Source: Syntrophobacteraceae bacterium
GTDB taxonomy: Bacteria > Desulfobacterota > Syntrophobacteria > Syntrophobacterales > Syntrophobacteraceae
Length of the DNA stretch: 64,000 bases
Direction: 5' to 3'
Assembly: GCA_040772705.1 (NCBI GenBank)
Contig: JAXGXP010000006.1
Location: 235,306 to 299,305 of the forward strand
In this document: piece by piece, positions 28,127-40,007 of the stretch
Numbering within the stretch: the stretch's first letter is position 1
Layout of the letters: each line of letters begins with the position of its first letter
The notes under the pieces: generated by a model
Seen by the model: the letters and a program-made list of their open reading frames with translations, nothing else
Database searches by the model: none
Told to the model about the DNA's origin: nothing
Program-made: the position numbers and the translations under genes

Positions 28127-29131
28127 ATGGCCGCTCTGGCTCCGACCCTGACAGGACGGATTGTGGCAGTGCATCAGGGGGCCCTGGGCGATTGCCTGCT
28201 GGCGTTGCCCATTCTGGAGGCCCTGCACCGCTCATGGCCCCGCATTCATTTCGATCTCTGGTCGAAACCCGAACATGTCGCACTCCTGGCCGCCAAGCCC
28301 TTCATGGGAAGCACGCCTCCACCCGACGATTCAACCCTGGCTCGCTTCTTTCATGAAGATCTCTGGCGAACGGCACCAGTCCCGCCTTTCCTCGAGCAAT
28401 CCCGGATGGTATTGATCTTCGGACAGACGGGTAGTCGGGTGCTGGCCGAGCGGCTCGCCTCCCGGCTTTCCTGTCCCGTCACATGGCTGCAATCATTTCC
28501 GGGCCCAGGCGCGTGTCAGCACGTATCTCAGTTTCTCCTGGAGCAATGTCGCCGCTTTGGATGGCATCTTGAAGAATGCCTGCCGCGCCTCGAACCTGCC
28601 CCCCAGGATCTTGCGGCTGCCAGTGCCTGGCTTGCGCAGCACCATGCAACCGGCCGCAACCGGCCCATTGTCATTCACCCCGGCAGTGGCGGCCTGCGCA
28701 AAGTCTGGCCTCTGAGCAACTGGTGGCGGGCCCTTCAGTGGCTTCGCGAAGCCTTCCCCAACCCCATCTTGTTATCACTGGGACCGGCTGACGAACGGCT
28801 CCGGGACTTTGCCCGGGCCGCGGAGGCCCTGGGCGTGGCAGCCCTCGAAGGGCTGCCCCTGCCTTTGCTGGCGGCGATGCTTTCCCAGGGCCGGCTCTTT
28901 GTTGGCAGCGATTCGGGGGTGAGTCATCTGGCCGCTGCGGTCGGAACGCCGACGCTAGTCATCTTTGGGCCGACCGATCCGGGTGTCTGGGCGCCGCGTG
29001 GCCCCCACGTGCACATTGTCAGAGCAGGCTGGGAGGAATCCGAAGTCCTGGCGTGGTCACCCGCACCATCCGATACCGCAAGTGTCACTCTGGTTATCAA
29101 GCAGGTGAAAAAGATCCTTGCCGCATCCTGA
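28127..29131 (+). CDS. Glycosyltransferase family 9 (LPS heptosyltransferase-like)
   Basis: LGDCLLALPILEAL near the N-terminus, IVIHPGSGG, and FVGSDSGVSHLAAAVGTPTLVIFGPTDP near the C-terminus. The start could also be 28031. Confidence 0.8.
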   Translation: MAALAPTLTGRIVAVHQGALGDCLLALPILEALHRSWPRIHFDLWSKPEHVALLAAKPFMGSTPPPDDSTLARFFHEDLWRTAPVPPFLEQSRMVLIFGQTGSRVLAERLASRLSCPVTWLQSFPGPGACQHVSQFLLEQCRRFGWHLEECLPRLEPAPQDLAAASAWLAQHHATGRNRPIVIHPGSGGLRKVWPLSNWWRALQWLREAFPNPILLSLGPADERLRDFARAAEALGVAALEGLPLPLLAAMLSQGRLFVGSDSGVSHLAAAVGTPTLVIFGPTDPGVWAPRGPHVHIVRAGWEESEVLAWSPAPSDTASVTLVIKQVKKILAAS

Positions 29132-29160
29132 CCCGCAAGAGGCCAGGGTCATGGCAGGAG

Positions 29161-29769
29161 TCACGCAATGGAGGAGACCACCATGATGCCCTTGGCCTTA
29201 AGGGCGGCCACGATGGGCTTCAGGTCGATCTTTTTCGTGCGGATCGTGTAGGTGAGGGTATCACCCTCCAGGGTGGGTAGATTGCAGATGCTGATGATCT
29301 CTGCCCCATGATCCTGGAGCAGTTGGGTTATCTCCTGGAGGGAAACGAGGGGGGTGGAGATTTTCACATCCAGCCGGGAGGACTGCGAGAAAAGCCCCAT
29401 CATGGTGATGAAGGTCGACAGCAGATCGGTAGTGGTGATGACTCCCACCAGCCGCTCTCCATCCACCACCGGCATGCCGCCAATGCGCTTCTCGAGAAGG
29501 ATCCGGGCTGCTTCGTCCAGCGGCATGTCGGGATGCGCCAGGTAGGGTTTGCGCACCATAACATCTTCCAGGGTCAACTCCTCGAGCATGGAAGCTATCA
29601 GAACGCCTCGGAGGTCCGCATCCGTCACCCAACCCAACAAGGCCGATTGAGCATCCACTACCGGGAGATGACGGATGGAGTACCGCTTCATGACCGCCAG
29701 GGCCTCCTGAATGGAGGCTTCCTTGCTGATCGTCACCACTTCTGCTGCCATGCAATGGCTTACAATCAT
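29161..29769 (-). CDS. CBS-pair plus ACT-like domain protein (AcuB-like)
   Basis: Two CBS motifs (IRHLPVVDAQSALLGWVTDADL; IGGMPVVDGERLVGVITTTDLL) and a C-terminal ACT-like segment. Confidence 0.8.
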   Translation of the reverse strand: MIVSHCMAAEVVTISKEASIQEALAVMKRYSIRHLPVVDAQSALLGWVTDADLRGVLIASMLEELTLEDVMVRKPYLAHPDMPLDEAARILLEKRIGGMPVVDGERLVGVITTTDLLSTFITMMGLFSQSSRLDVKISTPLVSLQEITQLLQDHGAEIISICNLPTLEGDTLTYTIRTKKIDLKPIVAALKAKGIMVVSSIA

Positions 29770-29960
29770 GGGCCTTGTTTCCCAAGGTGAAGTCTAATAA
29801 GAATTGACTTTAACCGAACATCGTCTACTATTAGCAAGAAGTTTGCCAATATCTCGAGCCCAAGCTATGCGATATTGAATTAAAATGCAACAGAAAATTC
29901 CTCGCCGGGAAGCGGTTGGCCCGAGAGGGGTCTGTGGAGGCTAGGGAAGAGGGTGCTGGA

Positions 29961-31736
<1,776 letters not shown>

Positions 31737-31754
31737 TGGGCCGGGAGAACAGCC

Positions 31755-32573
31755 GTGACTCATTTTGAAATACTCGGGCAGGCGTTCGGCACGGACCGCC
31801 TGTTTCTCATTGGCGGGCCCTGTGTGCTGGAAGGCCGGGAGATGGCCCTGACCATCGCCCGGTCCATGCAGGCAACCTGTACCCGTCTGGGTATTCCCTA
31901 TGTTTTCAAGAGCTCGTACGACAAAGCCAATCGCACTGCCTGGAACTCGTTCCGCGGCCCCGGCTTGAAGGCGGGGCTCGAGATTTTGGCGGCGGTGCGC
32001 AGGGAAATCGGCGTCCCTGTTCTGACCGACGTGCACACAGTGGAAGAAGCCAACGAAGCGGCCGGAGTGGTTGACATTCTCCAGGTTCCCGCCTTTCTCG
32101 CACGACAGACCGATCTACTGACGGCGGTCGGCAAGACGGGCAAGCCGGTCAATCTGAAGAAGGCCCAGTTCATGGCCCCCGAGGACGTAAGGCACGCCAT
32201 CGAGAAGGTGCGGCAGACCAACAACCGGCAGATTCTGGTAACGGAACGGGGAACTCAGTTTGGCTATCACAATCTGGTGGTAGACATGCGGGCCATCGCC
32301 ATCATGGCCGGTTTCGGGCTGCCGGTGGTCTTCGACGCCACTCACAGCGTGCAGTTGCCGGGCGGGCAGGGCACGAGTTCGGGCGGAGATCGGCGGTTCG
32401 TGGCGCCCCTGGCGCGCGCGGCGGTGGCGGCAGGGGCTCATGGGATCTTCCTCGAAATGCACGAGGACCCCGACCGAGCGCTCAGCGATGGCCCTAATTC
32501 CCTGCCCCTGGCGCAAGTGCCGTCGCTGCTGGAAGAATTGATCAAGATTTACCGGGTAACGAACGATAGGTAA
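31755..32573 (+). CDS. kdsA: 3-deoxy-8-phosphooctulonate synthase
   Basis: FKSSYDKANRT, DILQVPAFLARQTDL, NLKKAQFMAP, VFDATHSVQLPGG motifs. Confidence 0.95.
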   Translation: MTHFEILGQAFGTDRLFLIGGPCVLEGREMALTIARSMQATCTRLGIPYVFKSSYDKANRTAWNSFRGPGLKAGLEILAAVRREIGVPVLTDVHTVEEANEAAGVVDILQVPAFLARQTDLLTAVGKTGKPVNLKKAQFMAPEDVRHAIEKVRQTNNRQILVTERGTQFGYHNLVVDMRAIAIMAGFGLPVVFDATHSVQLPGGQGTSSGGDRRFVAPLARAAVAAGAHGIFLEMHEDPDRALSDGPNSLPLAQVPSLLEELIKIYRVTNDR

Positions 32574-32596
32574 CTTAGACGGTTGGGGGGGGATGG

Positions 32597-33181
32597 GTGG
32601 TCGGTGCTCGGACTTTCGGAGGTGGAAGCGTGTGGGATGATCTTGAGGCATCACTGCGAGCTCGGATCCTGCCGGTGCGCCTCATGGCTTTTGATGTGGA
32701 TGGGGTCCTGACCGACGGGCGTATCATCTATCAGGACGACGGTTCGGAGATCAAGGCCTTCGACGTTCAGGATGGACACGGCATTAAACTGCTGCAGCGG
32801 GCGGGTCTTGAGGTGGCGCTGATAACCGGCCGCTCGTGCCGGGCGGTAGCCCACCGGGCTGCCGGGCTGGGGATCAGCAGGGTCTACCAGGGCGCTATCG
32901 ATAAGCTGGAAGCCTATGCCCGCCTGCAGGCGGAAACCGGTTTGCGGGATGAAGAGATCGGCTTCATGGGGGACGATCTCATCGATATCCCTCTGCTCCG
33001 TCGTGTCGGCTTTGCCGTAGCCGTTGCCGATGCGGTCTCTCACGTGTTTCCTTATGCCCATTACGTGACTCGGGCGAGGGGTGGGTATGGGGCGGCGCGC
33101 GAGGTGTGCGAGCTGATCTTGTGGGTCCAGGGCTTGTGGGAGAAGGTCACCGGGCGGTTTTTTGGAGACGATTGGCGGTGA
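32597..33181 (+). CDS. kdsC: KDO 8-phosphate phosphatase (HAD-IIIA)
   Basis: MAFDVDGVLTDGRIIY, DGHGIKLL, MGDDLIDIP motifs. The start may be a few codons downstream. Confidence 0.85.
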   Translation: MVGARTFGGGSVWDDLEASLRARILPVRLMAFDVDGVLTDGRIIYQDDGSEIKAFDVQDGHGIKLLQRAGLEVALITGRSCRAVAHRAAGLGISRVYQGAIDKLEAYARLQAETGLRDEEIGFMGDDLIDIPLLRRVGFAVAVADAVSHVFPYAHYVTRARGGYGAAREVCELILWVQGLWEKVTGRFFGDDWR

Positions 33182-33242
33182 TGAGAAGCGCCTCCAGGAG
33201 CCGTGATGAAACTGGTGCGGCCGCGATTCGGATAACCTTCCC

Positions 33243-33833
33243 ATGACGGTGCCGCAAAAACTCATTCAGGGTACCGCGCTGGCCTTTGCGCTGGGCTTGA
33301 CGGGAGTTCTGATCGTCGGGATCTGGCAGGGAGGCAGCCAGAAAGCTCAGCAGGCTGCCGTTCAGACCGCCGCCAAGAGCGACGCGGAAGTGACGCTCAA
33401 GGACATGGAGTATACCGAATTGCAGGGAGGGAAGCGCCTCTGGACGATTCGGGCCACGGAAGCAAGATACTTCCAGGGCGAACAAAAAACGCTCCTTTCG
33501 ACGGTTCGTGTTGCCTTTTTCCTGGAAAGCGGCGATGAGATTCAACTGGAGAGTCGAGAAGGCTCCCTGCACACCGGGAGCAAGAACATCGAGCTGTGGG
33601 ATGCGGTGCACGCAATGCTGCCAAAGGGCTACGAGCTGTCTTCCGAATATGCCCGGTACGATCATCAGCAGCAGACCATTTCCTCGGAGTCTCCCATCCG
33701 CCTTGAAGGCCCCGATGTGCGGCTGGAAGGGACCCGCTGGGAGTACCGAATCGCGGACTCCCGGGCGGTGCTTGAGGGGGGAGTCAGGGGGACGCTGGTT
33801 TTTCTGCCGCCAAGGGCGGGTAAGGGACCATGA
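33243..33833 (+). CDS. lptC: LPS export system protein LptC
   Basis: N-terminal membrane anchor followed by an OstA-like beta-jellyroll-type sequence, in the conserved position between kdsC and lptA. Confidence 0.75.
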   Translation: MTVPQKLIQGTALAFALGLTGVLIVGIWQGGSQKAQQAAVQTAAKSDAEVTLKDMEYTELQGGKRLWTIRATEARYFQGEQKTLLSTVRVAFFLESGDEIQLESREGSLHTGSKNIELWDAVHAMLPKGYELSSEYARYDHQQQTISSESPIRLEGPDVRLEGTRWEYRIADSRAVLEGGVRGTLVFLPPRAGKGP

Positions 33834-33843
33834 GGCGAAGACC

Positions 33844-34410
33844 ATGAAGTACCACGGAAAGAACTGGCTGGTGGCTGGGATTGGACTGCTGTGCCTGGTG
33901 ATGGTGCCGGCGACTGGCTGGAGCCAGGGAAGCACAGCCAAGCGTGGTTCCAGCCCCGTTCCGCCCAAAATCCTGCAGAGCGATTCCCCTCTGCGGATAG
34001 CCAGCGACCGCATGGAGGCTCATCAAAAGGAGCGGACCATTCTTTTTGAGGGCAACGTGGTGGTCCAGCAGGACGATTTGACCATAACCGGCAGGAAGCT
34101 GTGGGTGTATGCGGCGGAGGGCGGGCAGGATCCCGCGGACCAGTCGGCCATGGTGGACAGAATTGATCGGATCGAGGTCGAGGGGGAGGTCAAGATCACC
34201 CAGCAGGACAAGGTCGCCCTGGCCGACAAGGCCGTTTATTATCATAATGAGAACAAGATCGTTTTGAGCGGTCACCCCAGTGTGAGCCAGGGGGAAGATA
34301 CCATCCAGGGGCGGCTGATCACGCTTCTGCTGGCAGAGGGCAGGAGCATTGTGGAAGGGGGCGCGCAAACCCCGGTGCAGGCGGTTCTTCACCCGGCGAA
34401 GAAGGACTAG
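33844..34410 (+). CDS. lptA: LPS transport periplasmic protein LptA (OstA-like)
   Basis: Signal peptide MKYHGKNWLVAGIGLLCLVMVPATGWSQ, then LRIASDRMEAHQKERTILFEGNVVVQQDDLTITG. Start chosen at ATG 33844 inside the longer track ORF. Confidence 0.8.
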   Translation: MKYHGKNWLVAGIGLLCLVMVPATGWSQGSTAKRGSSPVPPKILQSDSPLRIASDRMEAHQKERTILFEGNVVVQQDDLTITGRKLWVYAAEGGQDPADQSAMVDRIDRIEVEGEVKITQQDKVALADKAVYYHNENKIVLSGHPSVSQGEDTIQGRLITLLLAEGRSIVEGGAQTPVQAVLHPAKKD

Positions 34411-35151
34411 GTGGTGGCTTCAATCCCGAAGCGCCTGGAGGTGCGAGATCTGGTGAAGACTTATAAGGGGCGCCGGGTCGTCAACCAGGTGAACCTGGCC
34501 GTTGAGCCGGCCCAGATCGTGGGCCTTCTGGGGCCCAACGGCGCCGGCAAATCGACCACCTTTTACAGTGTGGTGGGGATCATCCGCCCCGATCGCGGGA
34601 CGGTCCTCCTGAATGGCGAAAATATCATTCAGATGCCCATGTATCTGCGTGCGCGCAAAGGGGTTACCTATTTGTCGCAGGAACCGTCGGTGTTCCGCAG
34701 ACTCACGGTCGAGGAGAACCTGCTGGCGATTCTGGAGACCATGAAGATCGGCAAGCAGGAACGGCAGGTTCGGCTGGAAGAACTGCTGGCGGACCTGAAT
34801 ATCGCGCACTTGGCCGGGAACCAGGCCGATCGACTGTCCGGGGGGGAGCGGCGGCGGGTTGAAATCAGTCGCGCGCTGGCCACTCAGCCTGATTTTGTGC
34901 TGCTGGATGAGCCCTTTGCCGGGATCGATCCCATTGCTGTCCTGGAAATCCAGGGCCTGATCCAGTCGCTCAAAGCCAGGGGGATTGGGGTTCTCATTTC
35001 CGACCACAACGTTCGCGAGACGCTGAAGGTGTGTGATTGGGCCTACATCATGCACGAAGGAAAGATTTTGGAGGCGGGTGATCCGATGACGATCTCACGG
35101 AGTGATCTGGCTCGCAGAACCTATCTGGGAGATCACTTCAGTCTCTCGTGA
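34411..35151 (+). CDS. lptB: LPS export ABC transporter ATP-binding protein
   Basis: Walker A GPNGAGKST, signature LSGGERRRVEI, Walker B VLLDEPFAG. Confidence 0.95.
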   Translation: MVASIPKRLEVRDLVKTYKGRRVVNQVNLAVEPAQIVGLLGPNGAGKSTTFYSVVGIIRPDRGTVLLNGENIIQMPMYLRARKGVTYLSQEPSVFRRLTVEENLLAILETMKIGKQERQVRLEELLADLNIAHLAGNQADRLSGGERRRVEISRALATQPDFVLLDEPFAGIDPIAVLEIQGLIQSLKARGIGVLISDHNVRETLKVCDWAYIMHEGKILEAGDPMTISRSDLARRTYLGDHFSLS

Positions 35152-35163
35152 TGAGGCAACAGC

Positions 35164-36618
35164 ATGGCAGCACTTGAACTGAGACAACAGCTCAAACTCA
35201 GCCAGCAACTGATCATGACTCCCCAGTTGCAGCAGGCGATCAAGCTTCTCCAGCTTTCCCGTCTGGAATTGCTGGAAACCATTCATGAGGAACTGGAAAC
35301 CAATCCTCTGCTGGAAGAGACGCTGGATGATGGGAGCGAACGGGAGGTTGTCGGGGAGGACCGCGGGGAAGCTGCCGAGGAGCTGGCCGAGGGCTATAAG
35401 GAAGTCCAGGTCGTCGAAAAACTGAGAGAAGATTTTGACTGGGACTCATACTTGGAAGAGTACAACACGAGTACTCCTGTTCTGATGGAAAGCGATCCCA
35501 ATCGGGAGTGGCCTTCCTATGACCATCGCCTGACTCTGCCTGCTACCCTCGATGACCATCTGCAATGGCAGTTGCGGTTTTGCGACCTGAGCGACCGGCA
35601 GAAAGAAATCGGGCTCGTCATCATCGGCAACCTGAATGGTGATGGCTACCTGGATGCCTCGTTGCAGGAGATTGCGGTCATGGCCGACGCCACACCCGAG
35701 GAAGTGGAACGGGTGCTCGTCCAGATTCAGGTTTTTGATCCCGTGGGCGTGGCCGCTCGCAGCCTTCAGGAGTGCCTTCTGATTCAGGCGAGAAGCCTGA
35801 ACCTGCAAGACGACCTGGTGGTTTCGATCCTGGAAGATCATCTGTACTATCTGGAAAACAAGAACTTCCAGGGCCTGATTCGCGCTGTAAAACGCTCTCC
35901 CGAGGAAGTCAAACTGGCCGTCGATCTCATCCTGCAGCTGAATCCCCGCCCGGGAAGCGCGTTCAACGAAGAATCGGTCCAGTACATCAGCCCCGATATC
36001 TACGTGTTGCGGGTGGACGATGAATTTGTGGTGCTCTTGAACGAGGACGGCATGCCGAAACTGAGGGTGAGTTCCTACTATAAGGAGGCACTCGATCATA
36101 ATGCCGCTATTCCGACCGATGCCAAGGATTTCATTCACGGCAAACTGCGCTCGGCGGCCTGGCTGATCAAGAGTATCCATCAACGGCAGCGGACTTTGTA
36201 CAAGGTCGGACAGAGTATTGTCAAACTGCAGCACGACTTCTTTGAAAAGGGGGTGGCGTTCCTCAAGCCGATGGTCCTGCGGGACGTGGCCGAAGACGTT
36301 GGCATGCACGAGTCGACCATTAGCCGGGTCACGACCAACAAGTACATGGATACCCCGCATGGGATTTTTGAGTTGAAATATTTCTTTAACAGCTCCATAA
36401 GTAGCGTTCTGGGTGACGCGGTGGCCTCGGAAAGCGTGAAGGAGAGGATCCGGCAAATCATCAAGGGCGAAGACACCACCAAGCCTTACAGTGATCAGGA
36501 GATCGTGGAGCTGCTGGCAGGTGAAAACATCAAAATCGCCCGCCGAACGGTGGCTAAGTACCGGGAAATGCTGAACATACTCCCTTCAAGCAAGCGCCGG
36601 AAAACGGCCTGGGGCTGA
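35164..36618 (+). CDS. rpoN: RNA polymerase sigma-54 factor
   Basis: N-terminal Gln/Leu-rich region I (LKLSQQLIMTPQLQQAIKLLQLS), HTH region, and C-terminal RpoN box ARRTVAKYR. Confidence 0.95.
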   Translation: MAALELRQQLKLSQQLIMTPQLQQAIKLLQLSRLELLETIHEELETNPLLEETLDDGSEREVVGEDRGEAAEELAEGYKEVQVVEKLREDFDWDSYLEEYNTSTPVLMESDPNREWPSYDHRLTLPATLDDHLQWQLRFCDLSDRQKEIGLVIIGNLNGDGYLDASLQEIAVMADATPEEVERVLVQIQVFDPVGVAARSLQECLLIQARSLNLQDDLVVSILEDHLYYLENKNFQGLIRAVKRSPEEVKLAVDLILQLNPRPGSAFNEESVQYISPDIYVLRVDDEFVVLLNEDGMPKLRVSSYYKEALDHNAAIPTDAKDFIHGKLRSAAWLIKSIHQRQRTLYKVGQSIVKLQHDFFEKGVAFLKPMVLRDVAEDVGMHESTISRVTTNKYMDTPHGIFELKYFFNSSISSVLGDAVASESVKERIRQIIKGEDTTKPYSDQEIVELLAGENIKIARRTVAKYREMLNILPSSKRRKTAWG

Positions 36619-36700
36619 GCGGCAAGCGGTTCCTCAGAGGCTCTGGCCGGGAGCAGTCGGTCAGCCACTGCGAAATATCATTTCAAGGAGGAAGGCAAGC

Positions 36701-37243
36701 ATGCAGATTAACGTGACTTTTCGTCATGTGGAGCCCTCGTTGGCGCTCCGAACCTATGTGGACGACAAGGTTTCTCGAATCAAGAAGTACCTCGAAGAAC
36801 CCATTGAAGCCCATGTGGTCCTGAGGGTTGAGAAATTTCGGCATATTGCAGAAGTGTTGATCTTGGCCAATGGCATGCGGGTCAATGGCAGGGAAGAAAC
36901 GGATGACATGTATTCCGCGATCGATCTGGTGGCGGATACCATCGAGGGGCAGGTTCGCAAGGGCAAGGACAAATCACGGCGCAGGAAGCCGGTCAATACC
37001 GGGAAGGACCTCACGACCCCCGTCGATGTGCCGGTTGCGGCAGCGACGGTCGAGGATAAGGAGTCGCGGGTCATCCGGGCCGAGCAGATTCATGCGAAAC
37101 CCATGGATGTCGATGAGGCGGTGATGCAGTTGAATCTATCCAACGGGGAGTTCATGGTTTTCACCAACCGTGTTACCAACCAGATCAATGTGCTCTATCA
37201 TCGCAAGGATGGTCATTACGGTTTGATTGAAACCATGTCCTGA
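36701..37243 (+). CDS. hpf: Ribosome hibernation promoting factor (long HPF)
   Basis: MQINVTFRHVEPS start, a sigma-54 modulation/S30EA domain, and the long-form C-terminal dimerisation domain (FMVFTN...INVLYHRKDGHYGLIE). Confidence 0.9.
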   Translation: MQINVTFRHVEPSLALRTYVDDKVSRIKKYLEEPIEAHVVLRVEKFRHIAEVLILANGMRVNGREETDDMYSAIDLVADTIEGQVRKGKDKSRRRKPVNTGKDLTTPVDVPVAAATVEDKESRVIRAEQIHAKPMDVDEAVMQLNLSNGEFMVFTNRVTNQINVLYHRKDGHYGLIETMS

Positions 37244-37361
37244 GAGGCAACCGACCCGGTTGCACCGGCCGGAGAGATGAGAATCCGGGGGCGGAGCCCC
37301 CGGAAGGCCGGAGAAGGGGGCTGCAGGGTGCCCGCGAAGAGCCTTAAACGAGCATGAGGAA

Positions 37362-37826
37362 TTGATGAAGATACTGGATATCCTGCCCAAGAGTGCGATT
37401 GTGCCGGAACTTGAAGGCAGAAATAAAAAACAGGTGCTCGAAGAACTGATTGAGGCCATTCTGCGGGTGAAACCCGATCTGGATCGACAGCGTCTCATGG
37501 CCGTGCTGCTCGAACGGGAACGCTTGGGAAGCACGGGTATCGGCGATGGGATCGCGATTCCCCATGGAAAATTGAAGGATCTTGATCAGCTCCTGTTGTC
37601 CTTCGGAAAGTCCAGTGTGGGCGTGGATTTTGAGTCGATGGACGGCAAACCGGTGCATCTCCTGTTTCTCCTGGTCGCGCCGGAGAGCTGCACCGGCATT
37701 CACCTGCGAGCCCTGGCCAGAATTGCCCGCCTGCTCAAAAATGCTCCGATGCGAAAGCGGCTGCTTGGGGTCTATACCCAGGACGAGATTTACGATGTGA
37801 TCCAACAAGAGGATGAGGACTTCTAG
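37362..37826 (+). CDS. ptsN: PTS IIA-like nitrogen regulatory protein PtsN (EIIA-Ntr)
   Basis: RERLGSTGIGDGIAIPHGK active-site His motif. Conserved position after hpf. Confidence 0.9.
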   Translation: MMKILDILPKSAIVPELEGRNKKQVLEELIEAILRVKPDLDRQRLMAVLLERERLGSTGIGDGIAIPHGKLKDLDQLLLSFGKSSVGVDFESMDGKPVHLLFLLVAPESCTGIHLRALARIARLLKNAPMRKRLLGVYTQDEIYDVIQQEDEDF

Positions 37827-38012
37827 GCGACATAATGGATTCGAATGGCTGAGGAACCGAAGGCTGAGTCCCCCGCACTTCCCGCATTCCCCCTCTTGCT
37901 GACTTTTACCGCGCATTGGCTCCTGCTTTTCCGCTTTGTTCCCTGCCAGGTTTTTCGATCGAGTAACGGTTCCCGGTGAATGACGTTTGAGCTTCAATTA
38001 GGAATATGGTCC

Positions 38013-38888
38013 ATGACGCAGCGAAATGTTCACGTGGTGGTGGTGACCGGCCTGTCGGGCTCGGGCAAGAGTACCGCCATCAAAGCCTTCGAGGATCTTC
38101 ATTACTTCTGTATTGACAACCTGCCGGTGCCGCTGCTTCCGGAATTTCTGGCCCTGTGTGAAAGGGATATGCCGGATATTTCCCGGATAGCGTTGGGGAT
38201 TGACATTCGCGAACGGAAGTTTCTCGATGACTACGATCGGATCTTTGGGGCGCTGGAGGAGGCCGGCTACCGGTTCGAGATCATCTTTCTCGAAGCCGCC
38301 ACCGAAGTGCTCCAGCGGCGCTACAGTCAAACCCGCCGCCTGCATCCGGCGGCAGCCTCCGAGGCCCTGCTGCTCGATGCCATCCGTCATGAACGCGAGC
38401 AGCTGCAGGCGCTGCGGAATCGGGCCACCAGGATCGTCGATACCGGCACGCTCTCCGTCCATCAGCTCAAGGCACTGATCACCCGCACCTATTCGGGGGT
38501 GAGCGACAAAGAACGGTTGAACATTCAGGCGCTCTCGTTCGGCTTTAAATATGGCCTGCCCCTGGAAGCCGATCTGGTGATGGATGTGCGCTTTCTGCCC
38601 AATCCCTATTTCGTCGAGGAACTCAGGCACCTGGACGGATGTTCGCCCCAGATTGAATCCTGGGTGCTCGAGGTGCCGGTGGCGAGGGAATTCATCGAGG
38701 ATTTCACCTGCCTCATGTTGCGGCTGATTCCCTGGTATATTCAGGAAGGAAAGCGCTACCTGACCGTCGCGATCGGTTGCACCGGCGGGAAGCATCGGTC
38801 GGTGGTCCTGGCCAAACAAATCGGTGACAGGCTGCGAAGCAACCACTACTCAGTCAGTGTCTTCCATCGGGATATCCATTTGGAGTAG
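38013..38888 (+). CDS. rapZ: RNase adapter protein RapZ (YhbJ)
   Basis: Walker A VTGLSGSGKST, FCIDNLP, DVRFLPNPY, IGCTGGKHRSV motifs. Start at ATG 38013. Confidence 0.9.
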   Translation: MTQRNVHVVVVTGLSGSGKSTAIKAFEDLHYFCIDNLPVPLLPEFLALCERDMPDISRIALGIDIRERKFLDDYDRIFGALEEAGYRFEIIFLEAATEVLQRRYSQTRRLHPAAASEALLLDAIRHEREQLQALRNRATRIVDTGTLSVHQLKALITRTYSGVSDKERLNIQALSFGFKYGLPLEADLVMDVRFLPNPYFVEELRHLDGCSPQIESWVLEVPVAREFIEDFTCLMLRLIPWYIQEGKRYLTVAIGCTGGKHRSVVLAKQIGDRLRSNHYSVSVFHRDIHLE

Positions 38889-38897
38889 GAAGCCGCA

Positions 38898-39320
38898 ATG
38901 GCGAAAGCAGATGAGAAGGGGATGATTGGCATCGTAGCGGTCTCTCATTGTGGAGTGGCGGCTGAGATGGTCTGTGCCGCAGAACTGATAACGGGGCCGC
39001 TGGAGGCCTGCAGGGCCCTTACGCTCCAGGCCGGGCAGCCGGTGGAAGAGATGGTGAAACAACTGCGCGAGGCGATCAAGGAAGTTGACCGGGGGCACGG
39101 GGTTCTGATCCTGACCGACCTTTTCGGAGGGACGCCGGCGAATATCAGTCTCTCTTTCCTCGGGCCGAAGGTCGAGGTGGTTTGCGGGATGAACCTGCCC
39201 ATGCTCATCAAGCTGGCCGGATGCCGTGCGGATTCCTCTCTGGAAAAAGTCGCCGCAATGGTGAAGGAGTACGGTCAGCGCCATATTTCGCTGGCCAGTG
39301 AGGTCTTGGCGCGTTCTTGA
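38898..39320 (+). CDS. PTS EIIA component, mannose/fructose family
   Basis: IGIVAVSHCGVAAEM (active-site His near the N-terminus) and LILTDLFGGTPAN. Confidence 0.8.
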   Translation: MAKADEKGMIGIVAVSHCGVAAEMVCAAELITGPLEACRALTLQAGQPVEEMVKQLREAIKEVDRGHGVLILTDLFGGTPANISLSFLGPKVEVVCGMNLPMLIKLAGCRADSSLEKVAAMVKEYGQRHISLASEVLARS

Positions 39321-39382
39321 TTGTTGCCGCAAGAGACTGCCGGGTCACTTTTTGGGGGGCGTTCGCGCCCTGCTTCGTCAAA

Positions 39383-39994
39383 ATGGGTTACAATGAGATG
39401 CCGGTTCGCTGGAGCCAACGACAGACCAAAGTGCAGCCTCCGGCCAGGGAGTTGCGGATAACAGAACTGCTTGCCTCCGACCTCCCGGAGGTGGTGGCCA
39501 TTGAGCAGCGCAGCAATCTCGAACCGTGGACTCGGGAGTCTTTCCTGGAGGAACTGCTCAAACCACACTCGTTTCTCCAGGTCGCGCGGGTTCGTGAGGG
39601 CGGACGGGAAATGGTGGCAGGTTTTATCTGCTTCTGGCTGGTTGCCGATGAGCTTCAGATCCTCAATGTGGCGGTGCATGAGGCCTATCGGCGGCAAGGG
39701 ATCGGGATGGCCCTGATGCTCGATTGTCTTCAGTTTGGTTTTGCGCGGACGGCGGGCCGGGCGGTGCTCGAGGTCCGCGCCGGCAACCTGGCGGCGCAAC
39801 GCCTCTATCGCCGTCTTGGATTCAGGGTTGTGGGACAGCGGCCCGATTATTACGGGGGCGTGCGCGAGCCGGCCCTGCTCATGGAGTTGGACGCTGTCGC
39901 TGCCTCTGTCGAAGTCGGGCGTACTGCGCCTGGCGATGGAGGAATTGAGGAAGGGTGGTTCACCTGTCCGGGTGCCAAACAATACAAGCATTGA
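39383..39994 (+). CDS. rimI: GNAT acetyltransferase, ribosomal-protein-alanine N-acetyltransferase-like
   Basis: EPWTRESFLEEL, ILNVAVHEAYRRQGIGMAL, LEVRAGNLAAQRLYRRLGF. Start uncertain (39383, 39398 or an earlier TTG). Confidence 0.7.
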   Translation: MGYNEMPVRWSQRQTKVQPPARELRITELLASDLPEVVAIEQRSNLEPWTRESFLEELLKPHSFLQVARVREGGREMVAGFICFWLVADELQILNVAVHEAYRRQGIGMALMLDCLQFGFARTAGRAVLEVRAGNLAAQRLYRRLGFRVVGQRPDYYGGVREPALLMELDAVAASVEVGRTAPGDGGIEEGWFTCPGAKQYKH

Positions 39995-40007
39995 GGTGAT
40001 CTTTTCA

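Noticed and set aside
39735-40007. Upstream extension giving the 1515-aa version of the PPDK-like ORF
   Set aside because: The extension overlaps rimI in a different frame, and its translation is Arg/Ala-rich low complexity. ATGATG at 40008 follows the rimI stop.
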